Sequence record: OZ195934.1
Length of the DNA stretch: 64,000 nucleotides
Direction: 5' to 3' (one strand)
Below the pieces are notes generated by a model. The model searched no databases. It worked only from the letters and a program-made list of their open reading frames with translations, and had not been told where the DNA came from. This document shows positions 1 to 8,118 of this stretch, piece after piece. A program made the translations under genes and the position numbers. Positions within the stretch are counted from its first letter, which is position 1. Every line of letters starts with the position of its first letter.

Positions 1-60
1 GAATTCAAATATCGAGAATACATCATCAAGGGCTTTAAACGCCTCAAACAACAAAAGTGA
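1..60 (+). CDS. 3' end of upstream gene (EFKYREYIIKGFKRLKQQK*), truncated by window
   Basis: Open frame from base 1 to TGA at 58-60, just before ATG at 68. Confidence 0.6.
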   Translation, partial: EFKYREYIIKGFKRLKQQK

Positions 61-67
61 GCAAAAC

Positions 68-346
68 ATGAAATTTCTACAAAAAATCTGGGCAGTTCTA
101 ACAGGCGACACAACTCCACGTACACCTGAAGACATCATCGCTGATATGAACAAAGGTGCGGTTGAGCTTCGAGCGCGTTCGACATTCGATAAAGATCAAA
201 TCGACAAGAACGTAGCAGAGCAAGCAGAAATTGCCGCAGAAGCTGCGCGTAAAACTGCCGAGCTTGACGCAATCAACACTGGTCACGCTGCTTCAGCAGA
301 ACATGCAGATCGCGTTGCTAAACGCTTCGAAGATCTGACTGCGTAA
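68..346 (+). CDS. Hypothetical protein, 92 aa, helical/coiled
   Basis: ORF with phage-like codon usage, followed by a terminator. Confidence 0.75.
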   Translation: MKFLQKIWAVLTGDTTPRTPEDIIADMNKGAVELRARSTFDKDQIDKNVAEQAEIAAEAARKTAELDAINTGHAASAEHADRVAKRFEDLTA

Positions 347-375
347 TGCGTTAAAACATACGCATTAACCGAATT

Positions 376-424
376 AAAGCCCCTTAATGAGTGCATTTGC
401 ATACATTAAGGGGCTTTTTTGTTT
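376..424 (+). terminator. Intrinsic terminator
   Basis: aaagccccttaatg...cattaaggggc followed by T-run. Confidence 0.75.
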
Positions 425-428
425 CTGT

Positions 429-436
429 CATAAATA
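429..436 (+). promoter_or_regulatory. T4-type late promoter variant (CATAAATA)
   Basis: 1 mismatch to TATAAATA, just upstream of ATG 460. Confidence 0.55.
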
Positions 437-459
437 CAAGTAAACAAATGAGAGACGCT

Positions 460-1563
460 ATGAAAAAATTAAACACATTCATGGAAGAACTTCAGGCACT
501 TAATGAAGTGTTCGTTCGTGGCGGCAAACCGCGCAACGGGTCTAAAGTTCTTGCAAACGGAAAAAACATTTGGGTATGGAATAACGAGCGTGAGCTTGAA
601 CGTCTATTGCCTTTCATCAACAAAGAATTCAACACTGATTTCGAAGATCAATACGAAATCGATGAGTGGTACATGAGTGGCGCTGACGCAGTGTACGGGG
701 AGATTGAACACGGCAGACTAGATATGTCCGGTGATTCGACTTATCGCCCGTCTACAGCGTCTGACACGCTCAGAAAGACGATTAAAGCACTGAATCTAAG
801 TGGCGTGACTCGTCGTTCACGTTCTTTTACTACTGATTATGACGAAATCGACCACGACTTTGAAACGTCGCGTGCTGAATTCAACAAAAAGCTAGGTCAA
901 AAAACGTTCTATCACGGTACATCGACGACTTACATCGAATCGATGCTCAAGATCGGTCTAAAACCAGACGTAGGTGAATCGCAGTTCGATAAGATTGAAC
1001 ACAGCGACAAGGTGTTCGTCACGACTGAGCTTGATAAAGCAATGTTCCACGCGACTCATTCAGCGAATCAAAACAGTTCATTCCCTGTAATAATCGAGCT
1101 GAAGATTCCAGACGAGGCTAAACTAGTGTCTGATTACGACGTTGTTATCGACACGCTAGGTGCTGATTCTGACGAAGCACTTGAACTTGGCTACTCTGAC
1201 ATCTATTACGGTGCAGTAAATGGTCGCGATGACGGCAAAAAATACGACGATATGCACCAACGATTTGGTAAGCGTATCGGCAATCTATCGACTAAATTCG
1301 GTGTGTTCGGCTACAAGGGTCGCATCCCTGCAAGTCATTTCACGAAGATTCTAGCAGATACTGACGTAATCGAAGATGAAATCTCGATGAACTTCTATGA
1401 AATGGAAGACGAGTTCAATCTATCTGCGATGACATCAGAAGCGGGAAATCATCGTTCAATTGACTACTGGTCTGAACAACGACCTGACAAATTCATATCG
1501 AATCTTGAAGACCGTTGGGAAGAGATTCGAGACGAGAACGAAGAAGAAGACGATTGGGATTAA
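460..1563 (+). CDS. ADP-ribosyltransferase-fold / RNA 2'-phosphotransferase (Tpt1/KptA)-like protein
   Basis: FYHGTS...GLKP, VFVT, VIIEL motifs typical of the HxT ART fold; start set at ATG 460 (MKKLNTF). Confidence 0.55.
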   Translation: MKKLNTFMEELQALNEVFVRGGKPRNGSKVLANGKNIWVWNNERELERLLPFINKEFNTDFEDQYEIDEWYMSGADAVYGEIEHGRLDMSGDSTYRPSTASDTLRKTIKALNLSGVTRRSRSFTTDYDEIDHDFETSRAEFNKKLGQKTFYHGTSTTYIESMLKIGLKPDVGESQFDKIEHSDKVFVTTELDKAMFHATHSANQNSSFPVIIELKIPDEAKLVSDYDVVIDTLGADSDEALELGYSDIYYGAVNGRDDGKKYDDMHQRFGKRIGNLSTKFGVFGYKGRIPASHFTKILADTDVIEDEISMNFYEMEDEFNLSAMTSEAGNHRSIDYWSEQRPDKFISNLEDRWEEIRDENEEEDDWD

Positions 1564-1569
1564 ATACTA

Positions 1570-1592
1570 GGGAGCATTTAGCTCCCTTTTTT
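1570..1592 (+). terminator. Intrinsic terminator
   Basis: gggagc-attta-gctccc-tttttt. Confidence 0.8.
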
Positions 1593-1606
1593 ATTGAGGT
1601 AAGAAA

Positions 1607-2086
1607 ATGTACAAATGTAAATATTTCGAAATATATGAACTCGTAACTCCGCAGATGTATGAAGCGTGGGGCGAGAAATGTTGGCAACTATTCGACGAGC
1701 GCGTTCTAATCACGCTAGACGCTCTCAGAAAGAAGTTCGGCTCATGCGTAGTCAATGACTGGAAGTGGGGCGGAAGATTCGATGACAGCGGTTTTAGAGA
1801 CGTTCACTTCTATAGTTCAGTCGATGCGTACTTGAAGAGTCGTTCGCAGCACAAATATGGTCGCGCAGTCGATGCAAAATTCAAAGTACCCGCTCACGAA
1901 GTGCGTAAATACATATTAGAGAACCCCGACGAATTCCCACACGTGAAATTCATCGAAGTGGGTCCGTTAAAAGACGGCTCTGATATGTCATGGGTTCACA
2001 TCGATGTTCGCAACGGTGACTTGCTATGTTGGTCGCCATTAGAGGGTGTCGTTTCAAAAGAAGATGTGATTCGTCGAAAACTTTAG
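1607..2086 (+). CDS. Peptidase M15 family Zn-peptidase, probable endolysin
   Basis: SQHKYGRAVD (SxHxxGxAxD) and WVHID motifs. Confidence 0.75.
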   Translation: MYKCKYFEIYELVTPQMYEAWGEKCWQLFDERVLITLDALRKKFGSCVVNDWKWGGRFDDSGFRDVHFYSSVDAYLKSRSQHKYGRAVDAKFKVPAHEVRKYILENPDEFPHVKFIEVGPLKDGSDMSWVHIDVRNGDLLCWSPLEGVVSKEDVIRRKL

Positions 2087-2157
2087 TTTAACACTCGATG
2101 TTTTAGCATTAATATAACATTGTCAACAAGACATTTATCAACTAAAAGGTCTACTAC

Positions 2158-2868
2158 ATGGGCAAAAAGAAAACTCAAGAAGATCCGCGCTCAAGTCAAC
2201 GCGTCGAGTTACTTTCATTCAATCAAGAGCAGTACGCAGCCGCGATTCACGAAGAGATTAAAGAAGACGGCTCAGGTGCATTTGTGTTCGCGATTGGGTC
2301 AGCAGGTACCGGTAAAACGTGGCTAGCGACTACTCTCGGTGCTGACATGTATTCTATGTTTGAGTACACGCAGTTCATCATTCTAAAGCCGACACTTTCG
2401 TGTGGTGAAGAACTGGGTTACTTACCGGGAACACTTGAAGAGAAAATGGAACCTTGGATTCAAACTGTCACACAGCCGTTGAAAGACCGCTTGGGTGCAG
2501 ATAAGTTCAAATGTGATTGGAACAAACGAATTCATGCAGAGCCTATTCAGTTCGTACGTGGTAAAACGTTCGATAACTGTTTCATTATAGTAGATGAAGC
2601 TCAGAACTTAACTAAAACTGAAATTCAGACGATCATGACTCGTATCGGTGAAAATACGAAGATGGTATTTTGTGGCGACTTGAAACAAGACGACCATAAG
2701 ATGATCTATCGTACTGGTCAGAAAGAAATCAGTGGTCTAGCGTGGATGGTTAACGAGATTCAGCGTCAACAACGCGCAGGTATCGAGATCATTCAATTCA
2801 CTAACGCTGACGTTGTACGTTCTGGCGCATGTAAGATGGCTCTAGAAATTATCGACAAGGCAGATTAA
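2158..2868 (+). CDS. phoH: PhoH-like ATPase
   Basis: GSAGTGKT Walker A, LGYLPGTLEEKMEPW, RGKTFDN, DEAQN, GDLKQ. Confidence 0.95.
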   Translation: MGKKKTQEDPRSSQRVELLSFNQEQYAAAIHEEIKEDGSGAFVFAIGSAGTGKTWLATTLGADMYSMFEYTQFIILKPTLSCGEELGYLPGTLEEKMEPWIQTVTQPLKDRLGADKFKCDWNKRIHAEPIQFVRGKTFDNCFIIVDEAQNLTKTEIQTIMTRIGENTKMVFCGDLKQDDHKMIYRTGQKEISGLAWMVNEIQRQQRAGIEIIQFTNADVVRSGACKMALEIIDKAD

Positions 2869-3176
2869 TGAAGAAAGAAACAAACAACGTCACGTGCAAA
2901 ATCACTGACGTTGGTAATTTCAATGTGCTCGTTAAATCGTGGTATGTTGAGGGTGACTTCGTTCGCGGGGTCACGCTTGAAGTAGGGGATGTCGTTAACA
3001 TCAAAGAATACAACGACCCGTTGGTCTCTGGCGGCGTATATTCCGCTATCAAAGTATCAAAAGATGGGAACGTTTACTCAACTACGGTCTTAGGTCGGTT
3101 AGTATTCGACCGAACAGACTCGTCATACGTCATGAAGAACGACAAACATCGCATTCAGTACACTACGACACTATAA
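2868..3176 (+). CDS. Hypothetical protein, 102 aa
   Basis: Translationally coupled to phoH (TAATG). Confidence 0.75.
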   Translation: MKKETNNVTCKITDVGNFNVLVKSWYVEGDFVRGVTLEVGDVVNIKEYNDPLVSGGVYSAIKVSKDGNVYSTTVLGRLVFDRTDSSYVMKNDKHRIQYTTTL

Positions 3177-3177
3177 C

Positions 3178-3202
3178 AAAAGCGCCTACGGGCGCTTTTT
3201 TT
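3178..3202 (+). terminator. Intrinsic terminator
   Basis: aaaagcgcc-tacg-ggcgcttttttt. Confidence 0.85.
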
Positions 3203-3284
3203 GTTTAGAATGCATCATTTCTGAAGTAAAATAAATGACGGGAGGTGTCAATGACATACAAACAACAGCACATCGGGGCGATTA

Positions 3285-4016
3285 ATGGAAAGAACAGAAA
3301 TCATAATTCCTACCAAGAGCATCAGAAATGCAGGTTATGAATTCGATGTAATAGATACAAGCAAACTAGATCACTTTCACGTTCGATGCGTGACAAATAC
3401 GTTATACGACAACAGCATACAAGGTTCACAACTCGACGGATTTCGTGCCGAGATTACTCTAATGGACGCAGAATCACTAATCTTCTTGAACTCAATGAAT
3501 CTTTATGCTAACTTTACTGAGTCGAACCGTGCAAATAATGGCATGAAGCGCATTAAGTCGGCTCGATATGACTATCATCATTATTATCAACAACAAGAGG
3601 ACTGGTTTAAAGGCATACTACGAAAGAACAGAGTCACCGTAAAATATCCGAACGGGGAAAAGCGAGAAAAGCTTCCTACGTTCTACACGTGCGGGTTGCG
3701 TTTATCAAACGTAAGACGTTCAGCAGATAAAGCTTGTGCCATGCTCGTACTCGATGAGAACGGGAAGCCCAAGATGTATGCGTTCGCTATCGGAAAACTA
3801 AGATACATTTTCGACGCGTACGACCGGTCAGAAAACCTAAACTGCCCCGCGCAAATCGGGAAGAAAACAGTTGACGTAATCGAGTGTTTAGATTACAATG
3901 ACGGAGACGATTGGAATGACGAAAACGAGTTCGAAGAAACGCGTAAATTAATGTCGATTCCAGATGTATCCGATTTAGACAAAGTATTAATGTCATTAGA
4001 CGAAGAAGAGTTTTAG
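3285..4016 (+). CDS. Hypothetical protein, 243 aa
   Basis: Long ORF, no recognisable motif. Confidence 0.75.
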   Translation: MERTEIIIPTKSIRNAGYEFDVIDTSKLDHFHVRCVTNTLYDNSIQGSQLDGFRAEITLMDAESLIFLNSMNLYANFTESNRANNGMKRIKSARYDYHHYYQQQEDWFKGILRKNRVTVKYPNGEKREKLPTFYTCGLRLSNVRRSADKACAMLVLDENGKPKMYAFAIGKLRYIFDAYDRSENLNCPAQIGKKTVDVIECLDYNDGDDWNDENEFEETRKLMSIPDVSDLDKVLMSLDEEEF

Positions 4017-4017
4017 T

Positions 4018-4311
4018 ATGAATGAAGTAACAACTTACACCGACACAAAAGAACTAGCACTAGACATCGCAGCATACGCATCACTATTAGTTAAGATGGG
4101 ATATTGCGAATGTGTTGAAAATCAAAAACTCTTTGTTGAAATGTGTAACGAAGCAGGGTTCAGAACAGTAACCGGAAAAGAATTTTCTCAAATGTCATTT
4201 CGACAGATGTTCGCTCGACTTCCAGCACGCATTAGTGAAGAAATCAAAGCACAATTCTCATGGGGTAACAACGCACCAAATGAGTCTATTCTTGAAAGCG
4301 TTTACGTATAG
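4018..4311 (+). CDS. Hypothetical protein, 97 aa
   Basis: ORF in operon. Confidence 0.75.
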   Translation: MNEVTTYTDTKELALDIAAYASLLVKMGYCECVENQKLFVEMCNEAGFRTVTGKEFSQMSFRQMFARLPARISEEIKAQFSWGNNAPNESILESVYV

Positions 4312-4318
4312 GTAACAC

Positions 4319-4612
4319 ATGGACTTCGGAAAAGCACTAGAAGCACTGAAATCAGGTCAAAAAGTAGCACGCGCAGGTTGGAACGGTCAGGGAATGTTTA
4401 TCGTTCTTATGCCCGAACTATATCTCCCATCGTTTAACACTCAAGACACGTTCAAAAAAGTAAATGATCGAACCGCGAAACACATCGGCAAAGACACTCC
4501 ACTAGACAGTCAGCCGTATATCGCTATGTTCACATCAGATGAAAAGTGGCAGCCAGGTTGGGTTGCGTCGCAAGCTGATCTTCTAAGCGAAGATTGGGCG
4601 ATTGTAGAATAA
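4319..4612 (+). CDS. tad2: DUF2829 / Tad2-family signal-sponge anti-defence protein
   Basis: MDFGKALEALKSGQKVARAGWNG...GMF...WQPGWVASQADLLSEDW is the DUF2829 pattern. Confidence 0.75.
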   Translation: MDFGKALEALKSGQKVARAGWNGQGMFIVLMPELYLPSFNTQDTFKKVNDRTAKHIGKDTPLDSQPYIAMFTSDEKWQPGWVASQADLLSEDWAIVE

Positions 4613-4650
4613 AAAAAAGGGCAGTCTGCGTAATGCAAACTGCCCTTTTT
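4611..4650. terminator. Bidirectional terminator between convergent units
   Basis: A-run, gggcagt...actgccc, T-run. Confidence 0.8.
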
Positions 4651-4662
4651 GTTGGTCACTCG

Positions 4663-5226
4663 TTATTTCTGGTCGGTTAATTTCTCTACCCTAACATCTA
4701 ACGCGTCAATGCGTTCTTTCAGCATGTCCGCCTCAGAACCAGTAAATCGGTCGCTGTTAACTGCCTCAAATTGAGTTTGCACTTTAGCAAGTTCAGCTTC
4801 AAAACGTCCATCTTTCTGGTTTCGAGCATCGATCTTGATACCCAATTCTTTCTGAGATTCGTATAATGCATCATACGAATTGCGCAGATTTTCATCCGCT
4901 GCTTGTGATGTTGCTCTTAGAGATTCTACACTTGATCCAAGTCTGCCGTACTGCACTAACATTTCATCTTGTTTTTTCACGATGAGAGATTGTTGTCCCT
5001 CTAGCGAAATAAGTTGCTGTGCTTGTGTAGCATCGGTTAATTTAATGTCGGTAATCTCTTTCATAATCGCGTCGTACTGCTTGATGTTGGTCTCGCCTTG
5101 CGCTTGCACTATTTCTAGTGCTTCCTGCATTCCACCATACTGAGTCGCGACGCTCAATGAAGATATTGATAGAGGAATAAGAATCGTCCCAACCACAGCT
5201 AATGCCACTTGCCAGAACTTTGTCAT
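4663..5226 (-). CDS. Single N-terminal TM + long coiled coil; holin/spanin candidate
   Basis: Hydrophobic residues 5-25, heptad-rich remainder, located where T4 holin t follows the distal fibre genes. Confidence 0.4.
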   Translation of the reverse strand: MTKFWQVALAVVGTILIPLSISSLSVATQYGGMQEALEIVQAQGETNIKQYDAIMKEITDIKLTDATQAQQLISLEGQQSLIVKKQDEMLVQYGRLGSSVESLRATSQAADENLRNSYDALYESQKELGIKIDARNQKDGRFEAELAKVQTQFEAVNSDRFTGSEADMLKERIDALDVRVEKLTDQK

Positions 5227-5269
5227 AGTATTGGTTCCTATGTTCGTTAATCTTAGTCTTCAATCGTAT

Positions 5270-8047
5270 TTATAAGCCCAGAATTTTCTTCCACCAAGGT
5301 TTTTTAAGCTCGTGTACTTCGCTCTGAAGCGTCTCAACTTTCTCGTTAAGCTCTTTAATCGATTCAATCAAAAGACCGCTTAGATTGCCGTACGCGACGC
5401 TTAAATGGTCTTCACCCTCGACAACAGCCTCAGGTAGAACAGCTTGCACCTCTTGAGCAATCACGCCCGTTTGTCGGTCGCAATCAACATCCGCACGATC
5501 AAACGTATACCCGTTCAATTGAGTCACTTTATCAAGAGCATCATCGATCTTCTCGATGTTCTTCTTCAAGCGAATATCAGAGTATGCAGTAACGTTACCA
5601 GAACACGTGAAATCACCGCCAGTCACTGACAGCAAGTTAGACGCTGAACAATCCAATCGAATATCATAGTCGGCGGTACTATTCGTCGTATGAAAATCAA
5701 TATATCTCGCGACTTCAAGAACACCCGATGTTGATACCTTTCCTAGATACTTCCCTGCGATGTCAGCATATGTTTGCAGCGTTGCAAACTCGCTATATTG
5801 CGCAAATCGCGCATCAGATTCTGTTTCGGTGTAGTAACGACCATCATGCGAGTGACTATCGTTTGCAACAGTAGTCGTAATCGATACTGTTTTGTTTCCA
5901 CTACCGTCAACTGACATACTAGCAGAACCTGACACGTCACCTGTAAGTGTCGTTGTCAACGTACGAGCAGTTGTCCATTTATCAGCATTCGGGTGATAGT
6001 TGTCCATGAAAATGCGTTGTTGCGCATGATCAGCAGCCGTTGTGCTCGTGTTGTTTCGATACGCGTAATGCAGTTGGTCAATAGCACCAGTCTCTGAATA
6101 TAGCGTATGTCTGAACTTCGAGCCGCCATTATGACCCCACTGAATCCAGTTGATAAATGCAGTAGTTGGTGCGCCTGCAACATTCGAAGCTGAACCCGTT
6201 CTGAATTCATCAGTTTGAGTATTCCAGTTCGCGTTTAGCGGGTCTAGTCGTGTGTGCATGTGACTATCGTTTGCAACAGTTGTCGTGATCGATACTGTTT
6301 TGTTCCCACTACCATCGACTGACATACTAGCAGAACCCGTGACATCACCAGTTAGCGTTGTTGTCAACGTTCTTGCAGTTGTCCATTTCGCCGCGCTAGT
6401 CGCAGTAGAAGCATTACCCTGAAGTGCACCGACAAATTTAACCGCATTCACTGTACCGTCATTCAACGTCATAAAGATGCGTTTAACAAACGAATCAGTT
6501 TCGTAGAAATTAACTTCGTTATCAGAGCCGATTTCTAGTGTTCCAGACGCAGGTCCTTGTCTAACAAACGACCACGCCCCGTTAAACCCAGACGCGGCTT
6601 CGTTTAGATGACCGAAGTACAGACCTTTATACGAAGATGAACCCCACTGAATCGAACCAGTCATAGTATCGCCAGACTTCGCTACATATCCCGCGCCGTT
6701 GATAGGCGCGAATCGAGAATCAGATTCTGTTTCAGTGTAGTAACGACCGTCATGCGAGTGACTATCGTTTGCAACAGTTACAGAAATTGTTGCGTTAGTT
6801 GAGCCATCCCATACTACTGAACCACTAGCATCACCTGATAGCGTCAGCGTACGCGCATTCGTCCATTTATCAGCATTTGGGTGATACGCATCGTGAAATG
6901 CACGTGCTGTAGCACCCAAGCCGATGTACAATTCACCAGCCGCAGTCAGATTTGCAGAACGCGTCCATGACCCATCTTTGTTGTATGAAACGCCGAAGAT
7001 CGTGCCAGTCGTTTCAGAATCCCCTAGTACGATTGCTTGATTCAACCCACCTTGGTCGTTGCGGATCGCAGACGCATTACCGTGAGTGAACGTAAATCCA
7101 TAGTCGTCTGTATAGATCTGCTCAAGTCTCATGTAATTGTCACCTGACACATTACCAACTTTAATCATACTATCTTCGACGACTAAATCACCAGTCATCG
7201 TATCACCTGCAACGTTCACATAACGCGCATCAGATTCTGTTTCAGTGTAGTAACGACCGTCATGCGAGTGACTATCGTTTGCAACCGTTACCGACAATGA
7301 AGCATTTGCAGATCCGTCCCATGACACTGAGCCACTAACGTCACCTGAAAGTGTTAGCGTTCTTGCCGTCGTCCATTTGTCAGCATTTGGGTGATACGCA
7401 TTGTGAAAAACGCGATTGCCTTGAAACTGAAATATAGTAGGCGTTACGTACAATCCATTTGTAGTAGTTGTACCAACATACAATTCACCATCAGTGCGAA
7501 CGCGAGACGAACCAAAGTAAATACCATCAGTGAACTCACCAGTATCGTTGATTCGTAGCCATGAATCGTACGAGCGAAATGCCGTCTTGCCGCGTAGATT
7601 GAAATTATCAACGTTTAGATTTACGACGTTAGTCTCAATCGACACACGCGTAGTTGATGTTGTATCTTCGCGAACTGTTAAATTGCCACCATCACCAACC
7701 ACGAACCATTTCTTCGAATCAGTCCAGTCCAGTAACGTCAAGCGAGGCGAGCTGCCTTGAATTTCAATATCATTACCAGAAGTAGTCAACTTACCGGTCA
7801 TTGCATCGCCATCTTTGCGCACATAACCAGCCGTATGAATCGGGGCAAATGTCGCGTTTGATTCTGTTTTTGTATATGCCGAAGTTGTCCCACCGTTGCC
7901 TAGTTCGCTTGGCAGTGGTGTGTCGTGTTCAGTAAAAATCTTATGACCGTTGTACAGAACTGTTTCGCCTTGAGGATCAAAGCGTAAGTTCCCTCCGTGC
8001 CATACTATGTTACCACCGATTGCGGTAGTAGATCTTAGTTCTGCCAT
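5270..8047 (-). CDS. Long tail fibre distal subunit (gp37-like) with C-terminal S74 intramolecular chaperone
   Basis: Fibre repeats YHPNADKWTTARTL / NDSHSHDGRYYTETE; C-terminal AYSDIRLKKNI...GVIAQEVQAVLPEAV. Confidence 0.85.
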   Translation of the reverse strand: MAELRSTTAIGGNIVWHGGNLRFDPQGETVLYNGHKIFTEHDTPLPSELGNGGTTSAYTKTESNATFAPIHTAGYVRKDGDAMTGKLTTSGNDIEIQGSSPRLTLLDWTDSKKWFVVGDGGNLTVREDTTSTTRVSIETNVVNLNVDNFNLRGKTAFRSYDSWLRINDTGEFTDGIYFGSSRVRTDGELYVGTTTTNGLYVTPTIFQFQGNRVFHNAYHPNADKWTTARTLTLSGDVSGSVSWDGSANASLSVTVANDSHSHDGRYYTETESDARYVNVAGDTMTGDLVVEDSMIKVGNVSGDNYMRLEQIYTDDYGFTFTHGNASAIRNDQGGLNQAIVLGDSETTGTIFGVSYNKDGSWTRSANLTAAGELYIGLGATARAFHDAYHPNADKWTNARTLTLSGDASGSVVWDGSTNATISVTVANDSHSHDGRYYTETESDSRFAPINGAGYVAKSGDTMTGSIQWGSSSYKGLYFGHLNEAASGFNGAWSFVRQGPASGTLEIGSDNEVNFYETDSFVKRIFMTLNDGTVNAVKFVGALQGNASTATSAAKWTTARTLTTTLTGDVTGSASMSVDGSGNKTVSITTTVANDSHMHTRLDPLNANWNTQTDEFRTGSASNVAGAPTTAFINWIQWGHNGGSKFRHTLYSETGAIDQLHYAYRNNTSTTAADHAQQRIFMDNYHPNADKWTTARTLTTTLTGDVSGSASMSVDGSGNKTVSITTTVANDSHSHDGRYYTETESDARFAQYSEFATLQTYADIAGKYLGKVSTSGVLEVARYIDFHTTNSTADYDIRLDCSASNLLSVTGGDFTCSGNVTAYSDIRLKKNIEKIDDALDKVTQLNGYTFDRADVDCDRQTGVIAQEVQAVLPEAVVEGEDHLSVAYGNLSGLLIESIKELNEKVETLQSEVHELKKPWWKKILGL

Positions 8048-8076
8048 GTTATTGTCTCAGTTGTTCATTTATCATG

Positions 8077-8084
8077 TATTTATG
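8077..8084 (-). promoter_or_regulatory. Late promoter variant (CATAAATA)
   Basis: About 30 nt upstream of fibre ATG 8047. Confidence 0.6.
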
Positions 8085-8118
8085 CAGATATAAAAAAAGC
8101 CCCTTTCGGAGCTTTTCG

